From an uncultured Verrucomicrobia subdivision 3 bacterium (GTDB taxonomy: Bacteria; Verrucomicrobiota; Verrucomicrobiia; Limisphaerales; UBA11358), in assembly GCA_903870815.1 (NCBI GenBank), contig CAIQEI010000085.1:2043-66042 (forward strand): a DNA stretch of 64,000 nucleotides, written 5' to 3'. The notes under the pieces are model-generated. The model saw only the letters and a list, made by a program, of their open reading frames with translations. It was not told where the DNA came from and made no database searches. The position numbers and the translations under genes are program-made. Shown in pieces: positions 1 through 9,703 of this stretch (positions are counted from its first letter, which is position 1; each line of letters starts with the position of its first letter).

Positions 1-109
1 AGAACTGCCGGCGGTTGAAGCAGTCGAAATAACCGTGATAATGCGCCGCCTGCTCCCGACCCCGGAAGGTTTCGACCATCGCCGCGATACGTGCGCTTTT
101 GTGAGTCAC
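1..109 (-). CDS. 5' end of a CDS that runs off the window (possibly DUF309-like)
   Basis: Reverse-strand translation from GTG at 109 (alternative ATG at 79) reads VTHKSARIAAMVETFRGREQAAHYHGYFDCFNRRQF and stays open to base 1. The HY-GYF-CFN motif resembles DUF309 from memory. It is too short for the ORF track. Confidence 0.35.
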   Translation of the reverse strand, partial: MTHKSARIAAMVETFRGREQAAHYHGYFDCFNRRQF

Positions 110-130
110 AAGAGGGGGTGGATGGTCGGG

Positions 131-493
131 CTAACCCGAAACCATGCCGTTGCTGAAGAAAACACCGGCTACAGCCAAGACCAAAGCGGAGGCCATCAGC
201 ACCACTCCATAGATGAGGCCAGCACTAAACAACATGGGAAGCACACGCTTCAGGCCGGACATTTCTTCATGCCAGGAATTTCGATAGAGAATGATAAATG
301 CAACCGCCACGGGAAAGGATACTTCAAGCAGCCATTGAATCCCCCAAGGATCCAGAAACCTCAGGAAAGGTTGGGTGGCCAGATGAATGACCGCCAGACT
401 GCCAAAGCACGCAACCCCGGCAACGCCAACCGGCGATTGGCGCCCGTCGGCCGGCTCCGGGCGGCTCATAAGGCTGACCTCGGACTTATTCAA
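131..493 (-). CDS. small integral membrane protein, unknown function
   Basis: The 120-aa ORF has about three hydrophobic helices. It sits 21 nt upstream of the partial CDS at 1-109. I recognise no family. Confidence 0.5.
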   Translation of the reverse strand: MNKSEVSLMSRPEPADGRQSPVGVAGVACFGSLAVIHLATQPFLRFLDPWGIQWLLEVSFPVAVAFIILYRNSWHEEMSGLKRVLPMLFSAGLIYGVVLMASALVLAVAGVFFSNGMVSG

Positions 494-584
494 AATCTGA
501 CGGCACCGGGCGGCGCGGTTTTTACCATAAGGCGACTCTATTTGGGCGGGCCGCCGGTGTCCACTGTTATTATGCCCACGAACA

Positions 585-992
585 TCATCCGCCCGCCAGC
601 TTCAGGATCCGTTCCGCTTGCGCCGGGGTCAGCGGGGTCACGGACAAGCGGGATTGTTTCACCAGCGGCAGGTTTTTGAGGACGGCGTCGGCCTTGAGAG
701 CTTGCAGCGTCACGGGTTGCGCCAACGGTTTGACCGGTTCCAAGTCCACACAAGACCAATCTCCATCGGTCGCGGTCGCGTCGGGATAGTATTCCCGCGC
801 CACGCGGGCAAGGCCAACAACCTGCTTGTCACTCACGCTGTGGTAGAAAAAAACGGGGTCGCCCTTTTTCATAGCGCGCAGATGATTGCGCGCCTGAAAA
901 TTGCGGACGCCCGTCCACGCGGTTTTGCCGTCCGAGACGAATTGCGCCCACGAATAGGCTTCGGGTTCAGATTTCACGAGCCAGTAATTCAT
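585..992 (-). CDS. EVE (PUA-like) domain protein
   Basis: The 135-aa ORF starts MNYWLVKSEPEAYSW...GVRNFQARNHLRAMKKGDPVFFYHS, which is the typical EVE/thymocyte-nuclear-protein-like N-terminus. Confidence 0.9.
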   Translation of the reverse strand: MNYWLVKSEPEAYSWAQFVSDGKTAWTGVRNFQARNHLRAMKKGDPVFFYHSVSDKQVVGLARVAREYYPDATATDGDWSCVDLEPVKPLAQPVTLQALKADAVLKNLPLVKQSRLSVTPLTPAQAERILKLAGG

Positions 993-997
993 AAGAA

Positions 998-1025
998 TTT
1001 ACGATTGACGGTTTACGATCTACGA
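998..1025. repeat. tandem heptanucleotide array (TTTACGA TTGACGG TTTACGA TCTACGA)
   Basis: Read directly. It fills most of the 40-bp gap between the divergent EVE (start 992) and yggS (start 1033) genes. Confidence 0.85.
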
Positions 1026-1032
1026 TGGCGGC

Positions 1033-1743
1033 GTGAGTTTGCCTGAAAATCTTATTTCCATTCAACAACGGATTGCGGCGGCGTGCGCACGGACGGGCCG
1101 CGCGGCGGACAGCGTCACGTTGCTGGCGGTGTCTAAGACGCATCCGCCGGAAACCATCCGCGCCGCGGTTGCCTGCGGGCAGTGGCTTTTCGGCGAAAAT
1201 AAAATCCAGGAGGCGAAGGCGAAAATCCCGCTCTGCCCGGGTAAAGCCCGGTGGCAGTTCATCGGCCACCTGCAATCCAACAAGGTGCGCGACGCGGTGG
1301 AGTTGTTTGAACTGATCCAGGGCGTAGACAGCCTGGCCATCGCGCAGGAAATCTCCAAGCGCGCGGAGCAGGCGGCCAAGACGATGCCGATTCTGATCGA
1401 GGTTAACGTGGCGGGCGAGGCGAGCAAGTATGGCTACGCGCCGGAACGGTTGCGGGCCGAGCTGAAGGAGTTAAACGCACTGCCGCGGATTGAAATCCAA
1501 GGGCTGATGGCGATTCCGCCGTTCACGCCGGTCCCGGAAAAGGCGCGGCCCTATTTCCAAAAGCTGCGCGAACTGAAGGTGGAATGCGAGACCGTCCTCG
1601 GCGCGACGCTGCCGCATTTGAGCATGGGCATGAGCGGCGATTTCGAGGTGGCCATCGAGGAGGGCGCGACGCTGGTGCGCATCGGCACCGCGCTGTTCGG
1701 CGAGCGGTTGAGCAGCCTGCGCCGCCCGGCGGAGGCAAATTAA
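1033..1743 (+). CDS. yggS: YggS-family pyridoxal-phosphate homeostasis protein
   Basis: The 236-aa ORF has a GTG start. Motifs LLAVSKTHP, FGENKIQEA, WQFIGHLQSNK and LSMGMSGDFEVAIEEGAT are typical of YggS/PROSC. Confidence 0.9.
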   Translation: MSLPENLISIQQRIAAACARTGRAADSVTLLAVSKTHPPETIRAAVACGQWLFGENKIQEAKAKIPLCPGKARWQFIGHLQSNKVRDAVELFELIQGVDSLAIAQEISKRAEQAAKTMPILIEVNVAGEASKYGYAPERLRAELKELNALPRIEIQGLMAIPPFTPVPEKARPYFQKLRELKVECETVLGATLPHLSMGMSGDFEVAIEEGATLVRIGTALFGERLSSLRRPAEAN

Positions 1744-1777
1744 GTCGCAATTCCCAGGGAATGAATTAATTTGGGGC

Positions 1778-2104
1778 ATGACTGTGGAAACCTTCAGCCG
1801 CGAGATCGGAGAGGCCGTTAAAAACTTTGACCGCTACGTAATCTGTTTGCAGAAGACCCCGGAGGATTTCGCCGCCGCGCTCGAATCGCTGATGCAAAAA
1901 GCCATCAAAGCCTACGCCGGCCGCGCCGAGGGGATGCGCCACGGCATAGCGCTGGACAAGGAAGTCACGATCATCTTAAGCCAGGGCGACGGCGACCGGC
2001 CATTGTGCGGGATTTATTTCAATCTCCATTCACCGTACCGGAAGGACGCACTGCCCAAAACAGTGCAACCGCTGGTCGAGAAATCGCCGAAACGCAACGA
2101 GTGA
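1778..2104 (+). CDS. hypothetical protein
   Basis: The 108-aa ORF has coding-like composition and no competing ORF. I recognise no family. Confidence 0.45.
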   Translation: MTVETFSREIGEAVKNFDRYVICLQKTPEDFAAALESLMQKAIKAYAGRAEGMRHGIALDKEVTIILSQGDGDRPLCGIYFNLHSPYRKDALPKTVQPLVEKSPKRNE

Positions 2105-2476
2105 TCACTGTTCGCGGACGGTGTCGCCCACCTGCGCCTCGCCGGAAACGAGGTCGGCAACCGTGTAGCTTTCCTGTCCCGGGCCGGTGACGCGGACTTC
2201 GGCCACTTTCAAGCCGCCGCGATAGAGAAACAGGCTCTGATCCAGCTTCGGCGTCTGGCTGGCGGGGAAACCCAGAATGACAAACCGGCCCACGCTGTTC
2301 ACTTTAACCACCGTGGCCGCGAGCGAATAATCCGGGGTGATAATGGGGGCGGGAGCGGCGGCGGCCGGTTGGGCGGGATGCGGCGCCGACGGCAGCCAGG
2401 AGCAACCGCTGGTGGCCAGCACCAAGAAAAAAACCGAAGTCTTTATTTTCAAGGCGGTCAAATTCATGACTGACAT
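2105..2476 (-). CDS. putative lipoprotein
   Basis: The signal peptide has a lipobox (FFLVLATSGC). It converges with the gene at 1778-2104. Confidence 0.55.
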   Translation of the reverse strand: MSVMNLTALKIKTSVFFLVLATSGCSWLPSAPHPAQPAAAAPAPIITPDYSLAATVVKVNSVGRFVILGFPASQTPKLDQSLFLYRGGLKVAEVRVTGPGQESYTVADLVSGEAQVGDTVREQ

Positions 2477-2533
2477 TCTCCGATTTTGCCGGCGGAATCA
2501 AGCCCAGGCCGTGCGGCTTCATTTTCAGCAAGC

Positions 2534-3019
2534 CTAAATCCGCTCGCACCTTTCATCCCCGACCAATCCCGCGAGCAACTGCGCCACCGTCCGCGTTTGG
2601 CCGGGCAAAACCAGATCCGGCGCAATTTCGCGGAGCGGTTGCAAAACGAACTGCCGCCGGTGGGCACGCGGATGGGGCAAAGAGAGGCGGTCGGACGAAC
2701 GCTTTTCCAGGCCGAAAGCGATCAAATCCAAATCCAACAAGCGCGGCTCGTTAAGAATGGTTTTGGGTTGACGACCAAATCCGGATTCGAACGCCTGCAA
2801 TTTTTCCAGCAACGTTTCCGGCGTTTCGCCCGCGAGGGGTTCCAAGGCAACCGCGGCATTCAGGAACTTGGGCGAGTCCGGCGGGCAATCCACCGGTGAC
2901 GTTTGCCAGAGGGAGGATTTTAAGATCGGGGCAAGGGAAAGGTTTTGCAGCCGCCCCATCGCGTCCAAAAGAATTTTCCGGGAATCGCCGAGATTGGAAC
3001 CGAGGGCAATGAAGGCCAT
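2534..3019 (-). CDS. folK: 2-amino-4-hydroxy-6-hydroxymethyldihydropteridine diphosphokinase
   Basis: MAFIALGSNLGDS...LDLDLI...LPHPR motifs are present. The start is placed at the internal ATG (3019) because the ORF-track extension reads through the GGATTTC repeat. Confidence 0.85.
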   Translation of the reverse strand: MAFIALGSNLGDSRKILLDAMGRLQNLSLAPILKSSLWQTSPVDCPPDSPKFLNAAVALEPLAGETPETLLEKLQAFESGFGRQPKTILNEPRLLDLDLIAFGLEKRSSDRLSLPHPRAHRRQFVLQPLREIAPDLVLPGQTRTVAQLLAGLVGDERCERI

Positions 3020-3022
3020 GGC

Positions 3023-3049
3023 GGATTTCGGATTTCGGATTTCGGATTC
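3023..3049. repeat. tandem heptanucleotide array (GGATTTC x3 + GGATTC)
   Basis: Read directly. It lies 3 nt upstream of the folK start codon, in the dapB-folK intercistronic gap. Confidence 0.9.
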
Positions 3050-3094
3050 GGTGGACACGACGAGACAATTTAATCCGCGATCGCCGATCCGCAA

Positions 3095-3829
3095 TTATTT
3101 TAGCCCCAGCACGTCCTGCATGTCGTAGCGGCCGGGCTTTTGCCGGACCACCCATTGCGCGGCGCGCAGGGCGCCGTTGGCGAAGGTGTCGCGGCTGGAG
3201 GCCTTGTGCGTGAGCTCAATCCGCTCGCCGTTGTTGGCGAAAATGACCGTGTGGTCGCCGACGACATCGCCGCCGCGGAGGGCGTGGATACCGATTTCGT
3301 TCGGCGTACGTTCGCCAACGATGCCGTGACGGCCGTGGCGGAGCGCCTCCGCGAGCTGGAGCTGGCGGACGTCGGCGAGAATTTCGAGGAGCGTGGTGGC
3401 CGTGCCGCTGGGCGCGTCTTGCTTAAGGCGATGATGCATCTCGACGACCTCGAGGTCGAAGCCCGGACCGAGGATTTCCGCCGCCTTGCGCGTGAGCCAG
3501 AACAGCGTGTTGACGCCGGTGGAAAAATTCGTGGCCATGACCATCGGAATCTGCGTCTGGAGGGCAACGATCCTGGCTTTCTCGTCCGCGCTGTGGCCGG
3601 TGGTGCCGATGACGACGGCTTTTTTGTTCCGGGCACAAAGTTCCGCGACACCCAGCGTGGCGTTATGGAAACTGAAATCAATCACAACCTCCGCCTGGGC
3701 GATCACACGGCCGAGATCGTCGCCCTGGTCCACCGCGCCGACAACTTCGATTTCGGGAATGCGAGCGGCGCAAGCCAGGAGCGCCTGGCCCATGCGGCCT
3801 TTGGAACCAGTGATGATGATTTTCGTCAT
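3095..3829 (-). CDS. dapB: 4-hydroxy-tetrahydrodipicolinate reductase
   Basis: The 244-aa ORF has GSKGRMG at the N-terminus and the EMHHRLKQDAPSGTA signature. Confidence 0.95.
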   Translation of the reverse strand: MTKIIITGSKGRMGQALLACAARIPEIEVVGAVDQGDDLGRVIAQAEVVIDFSFHNATLGVAELCARNKKAVVIGTTGHSADEKARIVALQTQIPMVMATNFSTGVNTLFWLTRKAAEILGPGFDLEVVEMHHRLKQDAPSGTATTLLEILADVRQLQLAEALRHGRHGIVGERTPNEIGIHALRGGDVVGDHTVIFANNGERIELTHKASSRDTFANGALRAAQWVVRQKPGRYDMQDVLGLK

Positions 3830-3844
3830 GATCGGGGCGGAGGT

Positions 3845-4723
3845 TTATTTCAAGACGCCGGATGCCTTCAGGGAAGCCTTAAGCCGGGTGCGGTTGGCGG
3901 AACTCATGCGCACGAGCGGCAGACGATATTCCTCATCGATGAAACCGAGCAGGGCGAGCGCGGCTTTGACAGGAACCGGGTTGGTCTCAATGAACAAGTC
4001 CTTGAACAGCGGATATAGCTTCTGATGAATCTGCAACGCCTGCTTCACGTCGCCGGCGGCGAAAGCGCGCACCATGGCGGCGACTTCACGCGGCGCGACG
4101 TTGGAGGCGACACTAATGACTCCCTGCGCGCCGACGGCCATGAACGGCAGCGTCAGCGAGTCGTCGCCGCAGAGGATTTCAAATTTCGGTCCGAGGGCGG
4201 CGCGGAGCTGGGAAACACGATCGGCGCTGCCGCCGGCTTCCTTGATGCCGATGATGTTTTTGCAGGCGGCGGCCAGGCGTTTCACCGTGGGCACGGCAAT
4301 CTCGACACCGCAGCGGCCGGGGATGCTGTAGAGAATGATCGGCAGCCTGGTGTTCTGCGCAATCGCCTTGAAATGCTGGTAAAGCCCTTCCTGCGTGGGC
4401 TTGTTGTAATAGGGCGCGACCTGCAGCGAGCCGTCGGCGCCGACTTTTTCGGCGGCGAGGGTGAGGCCGATGGCTTCGGTGGTGGAATTTGCGCCGGTGC
4501 CGGCGAGCACCTTGATTTTGCCGGCGGCAAAACGCACGGCCAGTTCGATCACGCGGATGTGTTCCTCGCAATCCACCGTGGGCGATTCGCCGGTGGTGCC
4601 GACCGGCACGATGCCGTCCACGCCGCCCCGGATCTGGCTGCGGACAAGCCGCGCGAGGGCGCCTTCATCCAGCTGGCCAGCCTTGAACGGGGTGACAATC
4701 GCGGTGTACGTGCCGGTGAACAT
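3845..4723 (-). CDS. dapA: 4-hydroxy-tetrahydrodipicolinate synthase
   Basis: The 292-aa ORF has TAIVTPF, GIVPVGTTGESPT and YYNKPTQEGLYQHF motifs. It is adjacent to dapB. Confidence 0.95.
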   Translation of the reverse strand: MFTGTYTAIVTPFKAGQLDEGALARLVRSQIRGGVDGIVPVGTTGESPTVDCEEHIRVIELAVRFAAGKIKVLAGTGANSTTEAIGLTLAAEKVGADGSLQVAPYYNKPTQEGLYQHFKAIAQNTRLPIILYSIPGRCGVEIAVPTVKRLAAACKNIIGIKEAGGSADRVSQLRAALGPKFEILCGDDSLTLPFMAVGAQGVISVASNVAPREVAAMVRAFAAGDVKQALQIHQKLYPLFKDLFIETNPVPVKAALALLGFIDEEYRLPLVRMSSANRTRLKASLKASGVLK

Positions 4724-4822
4724 AAGTCAAATCAGGCGGCCAGATTCGCAAAAATGCGAGGGTTTGGCGAGCGGGAATTTATTTTGTCCGAATGACCCCG
4801 GCTGGGATCGGTTCGCGAAAAT

Positions 4823-6139
4823 TCAGCCCAACTGCCACGGCGCGCGGTAGTCACGGGTCATGAGCTTCGTGGCTTCGGGATCGTCGCTGATGGTTTCGGT
4901 CGCCACATCCCAGCGGAGCTTGCGGCCGGTGAGCATGGAGATGAGGCCGAGATGGCCGGGAATGGTCGAGTGATGCGCGGTCTGCGCGGGCGCGATCGCG
5001 GGCTGGCGCGACTTGACGCAGTCGAGAAAGTTCCGCTGGTGCTTGCGCGATTCATACAATTTCACCTTGCGCAGGGAGTCGGGCAGGTTCCGGTAACCGA
5101 CCCAGTCGGGATTGGACGCCTCAAAGTTTTCACGGTCCAGCCAAACCCAGCCATCGGTGCCGATCCATTTGATGCCGAACCGGATGTCGCTGTAGCCGCC
5201 GGCGATGATCATGGTGATGTTGCGCGGATACTTGAGTTCGATGCGGTAGCGCGTGCTGGTGTTCCAAACGGCGTCGGCGGGCGGAAAATCCCCGTGACCT
5301 TCAATCTCCGACGGGCCAGAGCGGTCAAAATCCAGACCCCAGTGCGCGATGTCCACATGGTGGCCGACCCAGTCCATCAGCTGGCCGCCGCCGGTGTTGT
5401 AATTCCAGCGCCAGTTCCGGTGGATGCGGGCTTCGATGTAAGGCATCATTTTGGACGGACCAACCCACATTTCATAATCCAGCTCCGACGGCGGCTTCGC
5501 GGGGAATATGGAAGGGCTCGCGCCGGTCATCTCCTTGTTGCGGGAAGGCAGGCCGACCTCGACCCGCTGCACTTCGCCGATGAGCCCGTTGCGGACGATT
5601 TCCGCCGCCTTGTGGAAACTGCTTACGGAGCGCTGCCACGAGCCGGTCTGCCAGATGATTTTATTGTCTTCGACGGCTTTCACGATGGCCTGCTGTTCGG
5701 CGATGGTGCGCGCCAGCGGTTTCTCGCCATAGACATCCTTTTTGCGCCGGCAAGCCTCCGTCGCCACCAGTTCATGCCAGTGGTCCGGCACCGCAATCAT
5801 CACGGCGTCAATGTCGTCGCGCGCGAGCAGTTCGCGATAGTCGTGAAAGGCCTTGCAAGCCGTGTTGTCGTAATGGTCGTTGATCGTGTCCACGGCATCC
5901 TGAAGATGGTTCCGATCCAGGTCACACGCCGCGACAACCCGGCAGTCCTCCTCAAACATAAACGCCTGGGCATTGCCCGGTCCCTGCATGCCCCAGCCGA
6001 TGATGCCGATGTTAATGCGATTGGACGGGCGGTTTTGACCGAACAAGGAACCGGGGACAATGGCCGGCAACGCCAGCGCGGCGGCCGTGGTGGTAAGGAA
6101 GCGGCGACGGCTGATTCCGGGGGATGAATGCGGCTTCAT
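4823..6139 (-). CDS. Gfo/Idh/MocA-family oxidoreductase with a twin-arginine signal
   Basis: It has a SRRRFLTTTAAALALP TAT motif, then an IGIIGWGMQG Rossmann start and EKP motif. An alternative start lies at 6178. Confidence 0.85.
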   Translation of the reverse strand: MKPHSSPGISRRRFLTTTAAALALPAIVPGSLFGQNRPSNRINIGIIGWGMQGPGNAQAFMFEEDCRVVAACDLDRNHLQDAVDTINDHYDNTACKAFHDYRELLARDDIDAVMIAVPDHWHELVATEACRRKKDVYGEKPLARTIAEQQAIVKAVEDNKIIWQTGSWQRSVSSFHKAAEIVRNGLIGEVQRVEVGLPSRNKEMTGASPSIFPAKPPSELDYEMWVGPSKMMPYIEARIHRNWRWNYNTGGGQLMDWVGHHVDIAHWGLDFDRSGPSEIEGHGDFPPADAVWNTSTRYRIELKYPRNITMIIAGGYSDIRFGIKWIGTDGWVWLDRENFEASNPDWVGYRNLPDSLRKVKLYESRKHQRNFLDCVKSRQPAIAPAQTAHHSTIPGHLGLISMLTGRKLRWDVATETISDDPEATKLMTRDYRAPWQLG

Positions 6140-6206
6140 GAATTTCGAGTTTGAGTATTTCAAATTGGAAGAGCCCATGACGATACAAAAAGTTACAAGG
6201 CAGGAG

Positions 6207-7085
6207 TCAGCGCAGCTGGATCATCGCCCGCGGCGGCACTCCAAAGACCGATTTGAACACACGAGAAAAATGGAACGGATTGGCAAAACCCGCCGCTTCG
6301 GCCACCTGCTTGACCATCGCCCCCGGCTGCTGCAAGCGTTCCGCGGCATGGTTCATTTTCAGTCGCACCAGCATGCGATACGGTGACTGCTGGTCGTACC
6401 GCTGAAACAACCGGCAAAGATAGGTATCATCCAGATGACATTCCCCGGCCACCTGCGCGACGGAACGCAGGCGAAGAAAATGGCGCAGGAGATGTTCCCG
6501 GCAGTGCTGGTAGGTCGCAAACGCCAGCGTCTCCCGCCCCGGCAGCGGCGCCCGCGCCTCGGCCACCTTCAAGACCAGCGCCTCCAGCAGCCGCGCGCAA
6601 ATCTCCTCCGTGCCGGGGGTGCCCCGCCGTCCGCTGCGGATGAGTTCATCAAACAGCGGCACGATTTCGCCCGGCGGAAAGACGGAGGTCAACGTGCCCG
6701 GCTGGAGTCGGGACACGGCCAAAATATTTGCGGAATCGGTTCCGGAAAAATCAATGAAGTACTTCACCAGAGCCGTTTTTGCATCGGTGCTGATTTCGTG
6801 CGCGATTCCCGGCCCATACGAAAAGACGCTGCCGGGTTGCAGCCGATGCTCCGCGCCCTTCAATTTCAGCTGCCCGGCGCCCTGGGCCACAAATTCAACC
6901 GAATAAAAGGGAAAGGTCCGGCGGCGGATCGCGTAATCGGCGGCGCAGTGTTCCACGCCGCCGCAGACCACGGCCAACCGGGCTTTCGGCGAAGGCTTCA
7001 AATTCAGATAAAAACGCCGCGCCTGGGAAACCTGGGTTGAAAAAAAATCCGGGCCGGCATCGGCGGGCGGCGGGAAGCGCTTCAT
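6207..7085 (-). CDS. AraC-family transcriptional regulator
   Basis: The C-terminal double HTH (YLCRLFQR...VAEAAGFANPFHFSRVFKSVFGVPP) follows a cupin-like N-terminal domain. Confidence 0.85.
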   Translation of the reverse strand: MKRFPPPADAGPDFFSTQVSQARRFYLNLKPSPKARLAVVCGGVEHCAADYAIRRRTFPFYSVEFVAQGAGQLKLKGAEHRLQPGSVFSYGPGIAHEISTDAKTALVKYFIDFSGTDSANILAVSRLQPGTLTSVFPPGEIVPLFDELIRSGRRGTPGTEEICARLLEALVLKVAEARAPLPGRETLAFATYQHCREHLLRHFLRLRSVAQVAGECHLDDTYLCRLFQRYDQQSPYRMLVRLKMNHAAERLQQPGAMVKQVAEAAGFANPFHFSRVFKSVFGVPPRAMIQLR

Positions 7086-7201
7086 AAAAGGTCAGGGATG
7101 GATATGTTAATCAACATCCTGGCGGATGCCCGCGCCCCCCGGCAAGTGAAATCAGCGCCGGACGGCCGGGGTTTCCGACAATTCCGGCCCGGGTTGCCCG
7201 G

Positions 7202-7933
7202 TCAATCGCCCACCAGGCCGAACGCGTCCCGCCCGATCCAGCCGGACTCGGTTTGCGTGCGGATGAATAGAAAATTTCCGCGGGACCGGAGCTGGCGCGC
7301 CGGTTCGCCGGCGGTCAACGTCGAAATCACTTCACCCGTGCGCGTCGGCGTCAGCAGCAAGGGCGCATTTTTTTTCAGGACGAAGCCGATCTGCGTGCGG
7401 CTGACCACGCCGACATTCGCGGTCAGGGTGAACAGGAAAATGCCAAACGCCAGAGCGGCCAGCGGCGAGTGCCAGCCGGCTTTTCGCCGGCGGAAAATTC
7501 CCGGCAACACCAGCAATCCCACCGCCAGCCACAGACTGGCACCCGCGAGCCACGCCCACGCATTCGGCGGCAGCCAGGTTGAAGCGGTCTCAAACCATTT
7601 CAACTCCGGCTCGTCCACCTGCGCCGCCGTCCGGGCAAATTTCAAATCCGCCCCGGCGCGCGAATCAAACGGGTCGATCCATCGGGCCTTTTCCCACGCC
7701 AGGATTGCCGCGCCCGCCCGTCCGCGCCGCCATTCGGCGATGCCCAAATTCACCAGCGTGCCGGACGCCGGCTGCATCTGTGCCGATTTTTCAAATGCCA
7801 TCGCCGCTTCCGGTAGCTGCCCGGCCCCGCTCATCTCAAGCCCGACTTTAAAATAATCGTTCGCGGTGCCGGCGCGGCAAATTACCGCCCCGAACAGCAC
7901 CGCGACCAGCAAAATTTGACGGTGCCATCTCAC
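7202..7933 (-). CDS. BatE-like TPR/SH3b protein
   Basis: It has a signal peptide, a TPR segment, two TM helices and a C-terminal SH3b-like segment. It is the last gene of the Bat operon, with a 4-nt overlap with batD. Confidence 0.65.
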   Translation of the reverse strand: MRWHRQILLVAVLFGAVICRAGTANDYFKVGLEMSGAGQLPEAAMAFEKSAQMQPASGTLVNLGIAEWRRGRAGAAILAWEKARWIDPFDSRAGADLKFARTAAQVDEPELKWFETASTWLPPNAWAWLAGASLWLAVGLLVLPGIFRRRKAGWHSPLAALAFGIFLFTLTANVGVVSRTQIGFVLKKNAPLLLTPTRTGEVISTLTAGEPARQLRSRGNFLFIRTQTESGWIGRDAFGLVGD

Positions 7934-9702
7934 AATTTTTCCTCCAGTTCGAGCAGCACGGCATCCACTTCAAAATGTAGCGCGAGCAAATCCGCCCGGC
8001 CTTTGGCACCAATCGAAAACTGCTCGTCCGCGGCCGCGAAGATTTTTCGGACCGTTACGCCCGCCGGGCCGTGGCGCGCGGCGTCATCGAACTGGGCCAG
8101 CACATCGCCGCCAACCAGCGCCACCGGATTCGCCGGATACTGCGGCGCGACGGCGATCCTCATCGCGTCCGCCGCGTGGCTGACGAAGGCCGCCGAGTCA
8201 CCCGCTTCGACGGCGATTTTCAGCTGCCTACGTTCATACCGCAACGCGCGGCGCGCCTGCCGCCGACGCACTATTTCGGGGTGCGCTTCCAGAAAACGGC
8301 GCCGGCGGTCCCACTGCCACAGCGCAAAAAAAACCATCACCGGCACCAATTGCACCCCCACGAACCAGCCGCGCAATTGCAGCGGTTTCAGGCTCGCCAC
8401 CGTTTTGCCGGGCATCAGCGCCAATCCGCTTAATTTTAAGGGCGCGGCGGATCCGGCCTCGTCATCGGACGCAGCCAGTTGCAGCGGCAGATCCTCGCCG
8501 ACCACCGTGACCGGCAGCGACGGAATCGTCAGGTCCACGTACTTGGCCGCCGACGGATCAAAACAGCTGAACGGAATGGCCGGCGTGGCCTGGATTTCAT
8601 CCGTCAGCGGAATCAGCGTAAAGCCATTGTCCGGCGGATTGTCGGCGATCACCTGCCAGTCGGACGTACGCGGCAACTCCGGCGGCACGAATCGCGTCAG
8701 ATCGCCCTGGCCATGAAACGCAAACTTCAGATGCACCGGCTCGCCGACATGGATGCGGTTGGTGGACAACTGCGGCCGGTCCGCGAGAAATTTCCCGATG
8801 GCACCAGTGAAGCCCGGCCGTTGGCCTTCCGACGGCAGCGGGCGCACGTTCAAACCGACCCAATCCGACACGAGCAGAACATATTTCGGCGGACCGCTGG
8901 GAAACATCACCGGGCCGCTGATGACCACCGGGCCGCCAAATTCGCTTCCGGCCGTGAAACCCTGCGCGGAAATATTCAGCCGGCCGGTGACCAGCGGCGT
9001 TGCCGCCGTTTCGAAAATGAAGGCCGGCATCAATTGGCCGCCGCGATTGACCGTCTCGACCGACCGGCGCGTCGCCAGCCGGTCCGCCAACAGGGCGTCG
9101 CCGTTGAACTGGACATCCCGCAATGCCTCAATTTGATTTCCCGGCGCGGCCGGCAAAATAACCCGCACCCGAAACGGCTGGCCAAAAAACAGATTAGTCT
9201 CCGATACCTCCAGTGACAATTTCCGGGCCGGCAGGGTCACACCATGACCATCAACATCAACACTGGCAGGCGGAACTTCCACGCTGCTTCCGCCGACCTG
9301 AACGACAAAATTTGAAACCACAAAATGGCCCAATGCCAGCGCCGTGATTTCATAAACAAATCCGGAGACCGGATGGAAGGGCATGCCGTCGGGCTGCGTC
9401 AATTGCCCGCGCGCAACGGCGCCGAGACGCAATTCCGGCGGCGCGGGTATTTTATCTGGCCACTTGATGGAATTTTCCGTCGCGGTGATGGTCACCCGGT
9501 AAAACGTTTTTTCGCCGGGCCGCACGACGGGCGGATCGAATTCCGCGGTCGCTAGAATATTTTCCGGCGGCGAATTGTCGACCGCCGGCTGCGGCACCAT
9601 GAACTGGGCGGCCGCACCGGGCGGAATCCGCGTCGACAACTGGGCGCGGCCCACCGCGAGCGCGAAGGCCAGCATAAATAAAGTGGCTCCCAAAATTCGC
9701 AT
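7930..9702 (-). CDS. BatD-like protein
   Basis: The 590-aa protein has a signal peptide, a long beta-rich ectodomain and a single TM near residue 450. Its position after the TPR protein matches Bat operons. Confidence 0.7.
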   Translation of the reverse strand: MRILGATLFMLAFALAVGRAQLSTRIPPGAAAQFMVPQPAVDNSPPENILATAEFDPPVVRPGEKTFYRVTITATENSIKWPDKIPAPPELRLGAVARGQLTQPDGMPFHPVSGFVYEITALALGHFVVSNFVVQVGGSSVEVPPASVDVDGHGVTLPARKLSLEVSETNLFFGQPFRVRVILPAAPGNQIEALRDVQFNGDALLADRLATRRSVETVNRGGQLMPAFIFETAATPLVTGRLNISAQGFTAGSEFGGPVVISGPVMFPSGPPKYVLLVSDWVGLNVRPLPSEGQRPGFTGAIGKFLADRPQLSTNRIHVGEPVHLKFAFHGQGDLTRFVPPELPRTSDWQVIADNPPDNGFTLIPLTDEIQATPAIPFSCFDPSAAKYVDLTIPSLPVTVVGEDLPLQLAASDDEAGSAAPLKLSGLALMPGKTVASLKPLQLRGWFVGVQLVPVMVFFALWQWDRRRRFLEAHPEIVRRRQARRALRYERRQLKIAVEAGDSAAFVSHAADAMRIAVAPQYPANPVALVGGDVLAQFDDAARHGPAGVTVRKIFAAADEQFSIGAKGRADLLALHFEVDAVLLELEEKL

Positions 9703-9703
9703 T

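Noticed and set aside
4724-4822. A possible lysine riboswitch upstream of dapA, and a possible glutamine riboswitch upstream of glnII.
   Set aside because: The dapA leader is under 100 nt and lacks L-box-like conserved helices. The glnII leader has one simple hairpin that does not resemble the glnA RNA motif as I recall it. Neither can be supported without a covariance-model scan.
4952-6127. Long ORFs antisense to confidently identified genes. Examples are 4952-6127(+), 3140-4018(+), 8479-9216(+), 12173-13177(+), 14698-15801(+), 19709-20596(-), 33802-34929(+), 36667-37629(+), 47289-48308(+), 50357-51568(-), 57714-58712(+) and 60340-61020(+).
   Set aside because: These are typical shadow ORFs of high-GC DNA. 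Their translations are Arg/Ala/Gly/Pro-rich and low-complexity with no recognisable motifs, and each is fully nested opposite a gene with strong family signatures.
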